Shown here in pieces: positions 1-6,800 of a stretch of DNA of 12,223 nucleotides. The position numbers and the translations under genes were made by a program. This stretch comes from Thainema sp. (GTDB lineage: Bacteria; Cyanobacteriota; Cyanobacteriia; Phormidesmidales; Phormidesmidaceae). Each line of letters opens with the position of its first letter. The stretch's first letter is position 1. Where the stretch lies: assembly GCA_052168235.1 (NCBI GenBank), contig JBQLZK010000116.1, positions 1-12,223 on the forward strand, written 5' to 3'. A model generated the notes under the pieces. The model made no database searches, was not told where the DNA came from, and saw only the letters and a program-made list of their open reading frames with translations.

Positions 1-237
1 TATTAGCTTGCTTTCCTGATTAGATAAACTTATCACTATAATGTCAGAAGAGCCTATGCATTTTTGTTGGTCAATATCAATTTTGCTTTATTTCTCAGTG
101 GAAATATAAATAGAAATCAATCCTGGATATTAGGCTTATCTCTCGAATAATCCACAAGATTACATTTAAGGACTTATTTCTGAGAGGAATCACACTGGCT
201 ATACTTGAGAACATCTACAGTCTGACAAACCCACCTT

Positions 238-1290
238 ATGCGTATTGACCTCCACAAGATTCCCCAGAACAGTCCCGATGATCTCGCAGGTTTAAAAGAG
301 CGCATTAAATCTGGTCACATTAATCCGGCGCATATCATAGCCGTGCTGGGCAAAACTGAAGGGAACGGCTGCGTCAATGACTTCACTCGCGGCTTTGCTA
401 CTCAAACGCTGAAAAGCTTTCTAGAACAGCAGATCGGTGCGGTAGCTACAGAAAATATCGTCTTTATTATGTCCGGCGGAACGGAAGGCGTACTCAGCCC
501 CCATGTGAATGTGTTCACTCGCCAAGACGATCCGCCAGGGGTGCCACAGCGGTGGGGATTAGTTATGGGTACGAGCCAAACTCGCCCCTTCCTACCAGAG
601 GAAATTGGCACGTTGACGATGGTGCAGGTGGTGGCCGCCGCCGTGAACCGAGCCATCGAGCAGGCAGGCTTAACCTCAGAGAATGTTCATTTCGTGCAGA
701 TCAAATGCCCGCTAGTCCAGGCAACCCAGACGGTTGGCGGACTCAAACGCAGTAGCTACCAGTCGATGGCCGACTCGCGGGCTGCTTCAGCATTGGGGGT
801 CGCAGTGGCTCTTGGGGAAATCCAGCTCAATCAGCTCCAACCTGACAGCATTGGGCAAAACTTTGACCTCTACTCCAGCGTGGCCTCAACCTCTGCCGGG
901 GTAGAGTTGCAGAACTGCGAGATCTTTGTGCTGGGCAATGCCGCCCATTCCACCAGTGATTTAATTGTCGGCCACGGGGTAATGCGCCATGCGCTGGATC
1001 AAGCGGCGCTAAAAGCTGCGATCGCAACTACAGGTCAACCCGTCGATCGGATTGTCAACGTCTTTGCCAAAGCAGAAGCTGATCCTACAGGATATATCTT
1101 GGGCCGACGCCACACGATGCTGGATGACTCCGATATCAGCCACACGCGCATGGCTCGTGCTGTAGTTGGAGCTGCGATCGCGGCTCAGGTGCAAGATCCG
1201 ATGGTCTATGTGTCGGGTGGTAGTGAACACCAAGGGCCACCCGGAGGTGGCCCAGTAGCGGTGGTTAGTCGTCTATCTGCAAGTTCGTGA
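238..1290 (+). CDS. atzD: Cyanuric acid amidohydrolase / barbiturase family ring-opening amidohydrolase (AtzD/TrzD-like)
   Basis: 350 aa with family motifs GKTEGNGCVNDFTR, MSGGTEG, HFVQIKCP, SRAASALG, ASTSAG, AKAEAD, RRHTMLDDSDI and C-terminal VSGGSEHQGPPGGGPVA. The SGG-x-EHQGP form matches cyanuric acid hydrolases rather than barbiturases. Confidence 0.92.
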   Translation: MRIDLHKIPQNSPDDLAGLKERIKSGHINPAHIIAVLGKTEGNGCVNDFTRGFATQTLKSFLEQQIGAVATENIVFIMSGGTEGVLSPHVNVFTRQDDPPGVPQRWGLVMGTSQTRPFLPEEIGTLTMVQVVAAAVNRAIEQAGLTSENVHFVQIKCPLVQATQTVGGLKRSSYQSMADSRAASALGVAVALGEIQLNQLQPDSIGQNFDLYSSVASTSAGVELQNCEIFVLGNAAHSTSDLIVGHGVMRHALDQAALKAAIATTGQPVDRIVNVFAKAEADPTGYILGRRHTMLDDSDISHTRMARAVVGAAIAAQVQDPMVYVSGGSEHQGPPGGGPVAVVSRLSASS

Positions 1291-1297
1291 CAAAGCG

Positions 1298-2848
1298 CTA
1301 TGACTCTTCACAGGCACAGACGTGATCGGCTGCATTGGCTTGCATTTGCAGCAGCATACTTTCCAGCCCTGCTGTGGTCGTATTGACAATACCGTCGTGT
1401 TTGAGGTTGCCCGTAAAGCGAACGAGGTTCAATCCCTCAACGATGACGTTGGAAGCGGGATAGTGGGTTAGCAGTTCTAGCAGAGAAATCTTATTATCAT
1501 CTGCCGCTGATAGGATGATGGCCGAGCGCAGCGCTTGAATATTGGCGGTTTGTGCGGGAGTATGCACCACTCGGCTGGCCTGGAACAAGACATATTCACC
1601 AATTAATGAGTTGAAGACGCTACTGAGCTGCACCGTGTCGAGCTCAACCTCCTCAACCAGCGCTTTGTGGAACTGTTTGGCGTCGATGTTCGCGACATTG
1701 AAATAGAACCGCCAGCCGCGCGGCAGATCACTCGTTTCGGCAAATGCCTGTAAATCGGCAATTTTGAACGACGGACGCAGCGGCCCAAAGGTGAAAATCA
1801 CGCTTTCGGCAATCGGTTCAGCGGTTGGGGCAATTATGTCTGACTCAGTTGATAATTTGAGTGCAGGGGCGGTGCTGCGCGGCGGTGCTGGATTGGCTAC
1901 CAGCGAAAACTGCGCGGCATAATCAGCATTTGCCTTTAACAGTTCGGCGCGGACAAGTTGCGATCGCACTGGAGCCGTCATCGAATCATCTTGGGTCGGA
2001 TTGCTCAAAGACGTATTCAGCACTTGGGCAAATTTCTGGCTTGACCTATCTCTAAGATGGGCATATTTAGCCGCAGTCGCGGCTCGATGTTCTGAGGAAA
2101 CACAGGTGCTGAAATCCGTTTGTACTGCTGTCGCTAGCAACAAATCGGCTTGGGGACGACTGGCGATATTTTGCTGCTGAAGCAAGAGTTCCGGCACCGG
2201 GGTTAGCCGTGACTCCAATTCGCAATTGCAAACCAGTTCCGGCAGCAAGTAGTCCACTGCGCCTAAGATAGGCTGGATCTTAGTAATAAAAACATGCAGA
2301 TCGCTGTGAAGCTGTTGGAGGCTACTCAGATCAATGCCTACCTGATTATCAGGATAATTTTGGGCAATCTCTGAGAACGTAATCGCCTGATCGTCCTGGA
2401 ACGATTTGGCCAGTGCTTCGCCAAGTTGGGGCAAACTCTCCCGCCCGAGTGGATCACCAATTGTCTTATTTAGCTGGATGCCCACGAATAGCGCCTGATC
2501 TGGGCTGAGTGGAATACCAACATCGGGAATATCGTCTTTGAGATACCGATCAATTGTTTCAACCGTCAATGGTATTTGCTCTAAAAAAGCACTCAAGTCT
2601 TCGGATGTTTGGCTGGCGGCTGGTAGGTCATTGAGAGCTTCAATCGGCACGGAAACTCTCAGATCTCGATACTTTAGCACAACCGTTTGAGCCGCACTTG
2701 CTTTCGTTTGCAGCCCCAAGCTGACGATACCAATGCTGATCAGTAGGCTAATCAACACTAACCGTAGTCCTTTGCGAAGGGATTGCCGGATGGATTGGAT
2801 TACGGTTCGCAAACGCTGAATAACTGTAGATAAAAAGTTGAATGGCAT
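1298..2848 (-). CDS. Exported/membrane-anchored protein with two DUF1400-like (alpha/beta-hydrolase N-terminal) domains
   Basis: Basic then hydrophobic N-terminus ending ASA-A. Domain 1 starts AQTVVLKYRDLRVSVPIEAL. Domain 2 AESVIFTFGPLRPSFKIADLQAFAET...ANIQALRSAIILSAADDNKISLLELLTHYP is typical DUF1400. No hydrolase domain follows. Confidence 0.8.
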   Translation of the reverse strand: MPFNFLSTVIQRLRTVIQSIRQSLRKGLRLVLISLLISIGIVSLGLQTKASAAQTVVLKYRDLRVSVPIEALNDLPAASQTSEDLSAFLEQIPLTVETIDRYLKDDIPDVGIPLSPDQALFVGIQLNKTIGDPLGRESLPQLGEALAKSFQDDQAITFSEIAQNYPDNQVGIDLSSLQQLHSDLHVFITKIQPILGAVDYLLPELVCNCELESRLTPVPELLLQQQNIASRPQADLLLATAVQTDFSTCVSSEHRAATAAKYAHLRDRSSQKFAQVLNTSLSNPTQDDSMTAPVRSQLVRAELLKANADYAAQFSLVANPAPPRSTAPALKLSTESDIIAPTAEPIAESVIFTFGPLRPSFKIADLQAFAETSDLPRGWRFYFNVANIDAKQFHKALVEEVELDTVQLSSVFNSLIGEYVLFQASRVVHTPAQTANIQALRSAIILSAADDNKISLLELLTHYPASNVIVEGLNLVRFTGNLKHDGIVNTTTAGLESMLLQMQANAADHVCACEES

Positions 2849-2938
2849 GGTTGGACAAGCTCCAAATGGTGAGGGGACTATGGGACTTGGCTAATCATCT
2901 AAATCGGGTTCTTATACAGACTTGATTCTAAAAATGAC

Positions 2939-4354
2939 CTAGTCGAGTACAGGCAAATCACCACAAGAAACAGCATTGGGTAAATTCATCAGTTCACCTA
3001 CTGCGAAACAGGTAAACGGATTTTCCGGTATGGGCACATCACCATTGGCAATCCAAACCCGCAGATTAGCCGGGTCAAATACCACCTGACGCTGTGAACC
3101 GTTGCCGCCAATACTGGCATCATCATCAAACACATCTAGAGGACTGACTTCCTTCGTGCGGGCATTTGTGCGATCGCGCAGTATCTTGACCATCGCTTGA
3201 GGATTCAATTTACCGTACAGCGAGTCCGGCGTGTCGGGTTCTAGCAGCTGCTCAAACCGTTCGTAGCGGACGAAACTTGACTCACTGGACTGATCCCGAC
3301 CGACTGTTTCCGGTGCCAAGAAGTGATTGGTCATGTAGATGGTGCCCTTGTCCTGAATCTCCCGCAGGCCAACCTCACGCCCCAGCAGTTCGAAAACGCC
3401 TGCTCGTTTGGACTTCACATCGGAGACGATAATTAAATTCGCCCGCATATGCTCATAACCTGCCAAAATCGTTTTGACATCGTCAAAGCTGCGAGCATAC
3501 TTTGCCACCTGCCCCATCAGCTGCACGTTGCTGGTGCCGTCCAGAGACAGTTCTTCAAGGGTTCCAGGGTGCGCCGTGTTGTTTGAGATAATAATGCCCT
3601 CGGCATTCATGACGCCGTTGGGCCAAGTCACCCCCGGCAGGGCAATAAACGCATGGGGAATGCCATCACTGGGCTGCCGAATAAACAGCACTGGATTATC
3701 AACCCAGTAGGCAATTGGCTTGGAGTTATTGTCAATTGTCCAGCCGTGATAGAACCCACCATCCACAGTGGCATCTCCTATCGCAGTGAAGTGAGCGCAG
3801 CCGTCATTGAAGAGGATTTCCGGCAATAGATGAGTGAAATACTCTTGATAGACATCCCCAAAAGAAAGGGTCATACAGCCTGCCATCGTCAAGCCCAAGT
3901 CTTCAGTTGCATCGACCAAACCCTGACACTCTTCCACGATGCCCGGAAACGAACGGTAAGCGGCTAAGCGCCCTAAGCCAAAGCCAGTGCCCGCAAAGTT
4001 AATTGCGCTAATTACTTCTGGGCCAAGTTCCGCAATTTCGTCATGCAGCAGGGAACCATGCTGGTAGCCCATTTCATAGGGAGTTCCCTGAAGCCAAACG
4101 ACTTTGACTTTACCCACGTCCTCCCGGTGAGCTGGGACAGGCTGCCAACTACCGTCTGCGGGTTGCCATACAAAATCGGGGCTATCTGTAGCCTGAGCAA
4201 TCGGCACGTGAGTTCCAGTCGCTTGCAGATGAGGATTCCAGATCAGACTGACGATGAGGACTACGGTTAGAGATGCGATCGCACCTAATGCAACTTGCGA
4301 TCGCATCTGCGATCGCACCAATTGAATGAAGTTGAAAAACATGGGGACTGCCAA
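2939..4354 (-). CDS. C45 family autoproteolytic acyltransferase/peptidase (Ntn hydrolase, AAT-like) with N-terminal signal/TM segment
   Basis: LQGTPYEMGYQHG pro-region motif, G-C-A-H-F nucleophile site (Cys codon 3797-3799), GVMNAEGI, MTNHF, SFVRY. Start is TTG 4354 or ATG 4342. Confidence 0.85.
   Translation of the reverse strand: MAVPMFFNFIQLVRSQMRSQVALGAIASLTVVLIVSLIWNPHLQATGTHVPIAQATDSPDFVWQPADGSWQPVPAHREDVGKVKVVWLQGTPYEMGYQHGSLLHDEIAELGPEVISAINFAGTGFGLGRLAAYRSFPGIVEECQGLVDATEDLGLTMAGCMTLSFGDVYQEYFTHLLPEILFNDGCAHFTAIGDATVDGGFYHGWTIDNNSKPIAYWVDNPVLFIRQPSDGIPHAFIALPGVTWPNGVMNAEGIIISNNTAHPGTLEELSLDGTSNVQLMGQVAKYARSFDDVKTILAGYEHMRANLIIVSDVKSKRAGVFELLGREVGLREIQDKGTIYMTNHFLAPETVGRDQSSESSFVRYERFEQLLEPDTPDSLYGKLNPQAMVKILRDRTNARTKEVSPLDVFDDDASIGGNGSQRQVVFDPANLRVWIANGDVPIPENPFTCFAVGELMNLPNAVSCGDLPVLD
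4275..4316. repeat. Cluster of three HIP1 octamers (GCGATCGC)
   Basis: Exact copies at 4275, 4297 and 4309. Others seen at 1018, 1174, 1960, 3170, 6106, 7896, 8061, 8728, 10472, 10755, 11780 and 12020. Confidence 0.95.
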
Positions 4355-4489
4355 AGAATAAGGGGGATCTTAAACGCTAAATACTGGAAAATTAGCACGC
4401 CTTTTTGCGGCGATTGTGAATACACTGAAATTTGTCATATTTAGCGGGCTTGCCTTGGTTTAAGTCGTTGGTTAAGGGCATTGAAATAC

Positions 4490-4591
4490 CTCACATCTTG
4501 CACCTTGCACTTTGAGAACCCGAAGAAGTTATTTTGCCGCCGCGATGCGGCAGCAAAATAACCCTGCTGGGTTTTTGGTGCAAGACGTGAG
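4490..4591. mobile_element. MITE (102 bp) with 15-bp TIRs, 5-bp target duplication and internal hairpin
   Basis: CTCACATCTTGCACC (4490-4504) / GGTGCAAGACGTGAG (4577-4591), 14/15 match. AATAC flanks both sides (4485-4489, 4592-4596). Internal 16-bp stem at 4528-4562 with one mismatch and a 3-nt loop. Confidence 0.88.
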
Positions 4592-4787
4592 AATACCCCA
4601 ATTCGGGTAATGGGACTTGCCGAAATGGGTGGGGAACTGACTGATATCTCTATCAGAACGAATTCAAGAGTTCATTCCGAACTCAATCGTTATCTGATGA
4701 TTCGCACCTTGCAAACAAAGAATCCAATAAGGATTTCGATGCAAGCTGTGAGATTACTGACTATCCCCCAAATTACTGAATTACTGT

Positions 4788-4793
4788 AAGGAG
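4788..4793 (+). promoter_or_regulatory. Shine-Dalgarno site
   Basis: AAGGAG 6 nt upstream of ATG 4800. Confidence 0.75.
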
Positions 4794-4799
4794 TTTCTA

Positions 4800-5297
4800 A
4801 TGCAAGCAAATTCAATCTCCACCCAACGTCCTTTGCTACAGCGCGGTTCTCGTGGTGAGGCTGTCCGCGAATTACAAACACTGCTTAATCAGCGTATCGG
4901 CGCGCTGCCGCTGACTGTTGATGGCATCTTTGGCCAGAAAACCGAGTTTGTCGTTCAGGTGATGCAATATCGCTTATATCTCGCTGAAGACGGTATTGTT
5001 GGTCCCAAAACCTGGGCTTCTTTAGAAGCTGGCTATCCCGTTAACATGCCCGTCCTGCGTCAGGGCAGCCGCAATGTACATGTTGAGCGTCTGCAGCGGG
5101 TCTTTGCTAGCTATGATGAGCTGATCACTTCCACCTACCATGTTGGCCCAGTAGATGGCATCTTTGGCCCCAAGACCGAAGCGGCTGTCAAGCGCTATCA
5201 AGATGAACAGCAGCTAGTAATTGATGGCATTGTTGGTGCTAATACATGGAAGGCTCTCGGCTACATCTCCCACCGAGTTAGCCATGCCACGCTGTAG
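4800..5297 (+). CDS. Peptidoglycan-binding domain protein (two PG_binding_1 repeats)
   Basis: Two repeats of L-x-x-GS-R...V-x-x-LQ...VDGIFG-x-KTE...V...Q....L..DGIVG-x-x-TW-x-x-L. Good RBS. No catalytic domain or signal peptide. Confidence 0.93.
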   Translation: MQANSISTQRPLLQRGSRGEAVRELQTLLNQRIGALPLTVDGIFGQKTEFVVQVMQYRLYLAEDGIVGPKTWASLEAGYPVNMPVLRQGSRNVHVERLQRVFASYDELITSTYHVGPVDGIFGPKTEAAVKRYQDEQQLVIDGIVGANTWKALGYISHRVSHATL

Positions 5298-5338
5298 GCT
5301 AACTACATCAAGTTACAGTTAGCTACTTAGCTGACACT

Positions 5339-5424
5339 TACAGCGCTATGCGCTGTGGGTAAGTACGGTTATGCGGGGGCGTGCAGCACCCCCGCATAAC
5401 CGTTTGGTTCCCCCCGGCAATGTA
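5339..5424. mobile_element. Small hairpin-bearing repeat / degenerate MITE (TACA...TGTA ends)
   Basis: Begins TACAGCGC-TAT-GCGCTGT (7-bp stem 5340-5356). Perfect 15-bp inverted repeat at 5365-5379 / 5389-5403. Ends in TGTA (5421-5424). Only 4 bp of terminal symmetry remain, so the ends are uncertain. Confidence 0.55.
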
Positions 5425-5553
5425 ATCTCTGAACGCGGAGGCATCATCGTCAGCTATGACGAAAACGCTGAACCCATCAGCATTGAATTTCTCAACGTTT
5501 CCCAGCGACAACTGTTTGCCCCCAGTGAAACCAGTCTCAAGATTTTTCAGTAA
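5425..5553 (+). pseudogene. C-terminal remnant of a DUF2283-family small protein
   Basis: GIIVSYDENAEPISIEFLNVSQR resembles the DUF2283 pattern GII(L/V)DYD..G..VGIEIL.AS.R. The N-terminal half is absent, and the ORF-track start at 5371 lies inside the hairpin element. Confidence 0.65.
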
Positions 5554-5555
5554 CG

Positions 5556-5905
5556 GCAAATAACATTAGACTTTATCGGAAATTGTTTTGTAGCGCGGCG
5601 AAGCCGCGCTACAAAACAATTTCCAACCCCAAAAACTTTATTTCCGATAAAGTCTATTCATCAATACGGCAACGGCGACAACATGGCAGAGGACAAAGTC
5701 ATGGGCAACAAAGTCGGCAACTAAATCTCTAGCTTCAACATCGGCAACGTCGCTAATGAAACCAAAGACAATGCCCAAAACATACGCGACCAACTTTACT
5801 CAAACCACTAGCACTAGCACCGCTGAGCTATTGCAGATCATTGCCAGCCTGCAACAGACCATCGCCCAGTTTCCGCCAACACCAAGCAGATCTCGTCATC
5901 AACAT
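5556..5905 (+). pseudogene. Degraded fragment of an Asn/Gly-rich C-terminal region of a larger cyanobacterial protein (LRR/COR- or pentapeptide-type tail), interrupted by a MITE
   Basis: With the MITE removed it reads ANNIIHQYGNGDNMAEDKVMGNKVGN*ISSFNIGNVANETKDNAQ, then after a frameshift ATNFTQTTSTSTAELLQIIASLQQTIAQFPP. Internal stop, frameshift and no start. Parent family is from recall only. Confidence 0.6.
5567..5656. mobile_element. TA-flanked MITE (86 bp plus TA duplication) with perfect TIRs and a 22-bp internal hairpin
   Basis: TAGACTTTATCGGAAAT (5567-5583) / ATTTCCGATAAAGTCTA (5640-5656), perfect 17/17 including TA. Internal perfect stem 5578-5599 / 5603-5624 with GAA loop. Confidence 0.9.
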
Positions 5906-5930
5906 GTACCTGTTTAACGTAGGTATATGA

Positions 5931-5994
5931 TCCCCCGCTGTCGCCGCCCCCTATAGCCCTTCGGGCATGGCTTCGCCTAGAAAAAAGGGGCTAT
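5931..5994. repeat. Composite short palindromic repeat with two mini-hairpins
   Basis: CCCCCT...AAAAAAGGGG frame enclosing GCCC-TTC-GGGC (5956-5966) and GGC-TTC-GCC (5969-5977). CCTA is repeated at 5950-5953 and 5976-5979. Confidence 0.5.
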
Positions 5995-6102
5995 TCGCAG
6001 GCCACTGGCGAGATAATCCTGCCTTTTGACTTGCAGCGGCGGTAATCGATCACTGTTAGATCGCAGTTCCATCACGCAATCCGGACAAATCGGTGGGAAA
6101 AA
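5992..6102 (-). pseudogene. Internal fragment of a Uma2 (DUF820) family endonuclease
   Basis: Minus strand reads FFPPICPDCVMELRSNSDRLPPLQVKRQDYLASGLRI, matching the Uma2 core F.P.CPDFV.ELRS.SD.L..LQ.KM.EY...G.RL. Both termini are missing. Not in the ORF track. Confidence 0.85.
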
Positions 6103-6208
6103 TGTGCGATCGCACATCCAATAACTCTCAACAACGCAGTGAAGCCATCTGGGATCGTCGAATGAGATTCTGTATCAGACTTCACAACGTTGTTTTTGAG
6201 GCCGTAGT

Positions 6209-6682
6209 GTGAATCTTGAATTCAAGCGACTGAGCGACATTGACACGGCTCACTTCATCGCGCTGCACACCCATCCTGCTGTGCGTCGTCACATGCCGCT
6301 CAGCATGGAAAACTTTGGCAAGGCAGAATGTGAAGCCTGGATCACAGGCAAAGAAAAGCTGTGGCAAGACTATGGATACGGCCCTTGGGCATTCATAATT
6401 GACGGCGAGTTTGCAGGGTGGGGTGGATTACAGCCGGAAGCTGGAGAAGCCGATCTGGGTCTCGTGCTGCATCCCAACTACTGGGGCAGCGGGAAAACCA
6501 TTTACGATGAAATCATTCAACGCGCCTTTGGCGACATGGGGTTTGAGTCAGTCACTGTACTACTGCCGCCATCCAGAACACGGGTCAAAGCTCTGTTCCG
6601 TTTAGGATTTAAGCTCGATGGTGAACTGGAAATTGCGGGTGAGCGGTTCATCCGTTACCGCTTGCACCGATGCCCAAATTAG
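6209..6682 (+). CDS. GNAT family N-acetyltransferase (RimJ/RimL-like)
   Basis: 157 aa, GTG start. HPAVRRHM, WQDYGYGPWAF, FAGWGGL, DLGLVLHPNYWGSG (acetyl-CoA loop), RLGFK. Confidence 0.88.
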   Translation: MNLEFKRLSDIDTAHFIALHTHPAVRRHMPLSMENFGKAECEAWITGKEKLWQDYGYGPWAFIIDGEFAGWGGLQPEAGEADLGLVLHPNYWGSGKTIYDEIIQRAFGDMGFESVTVLLPPSRTRVKALFRLGFKLDGELEIAGERFIRYRLHRCPN

Positions 6683-6800
6683 TACCTGCGAGATCGCTAA
6701 CGACGGATGTAACGACGGATATATTGTGCTGGAGATTTCGCTGTCCAACAAAGCCGTAGCGTAGAGCAACTGCGTGATGCCACGTTTAATTGAAAATCCA

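Noticed and set aside
1..237. NtcA box upstream of the atzD-like gene
   Set aside because: No GTA-N8-TAC found. Only a possible -10 (TATACT, 200-205), too weak to call.
402..1233. Short alternative-frame ORFs within the atzD-like gene (and similar ones within other long genes)
   Set aside because: Fully nested in well-supported CDSs, with no independent evidence.
4690..4881. 63-aa minus-strand ORF
   Set aside because: Overlaps the RBS and start of the PG-binding gene, with no motif support.
5338..5559. 73-aa minus-strand ORF, and the 60-aa plus ORF as an intact gene
   Set aside because: Both run through the hairpin element. Only the plus-strand 3' part looks protein-like (DUF2283 relic).
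4490..5994. CRISPR array or tRNA interpretation of the hairpins
   Set aside because: Hairpins differ in sequence, are irregularly spaced, have no repeat-spacer periodicity or cas genes, and form no cloverleaf.
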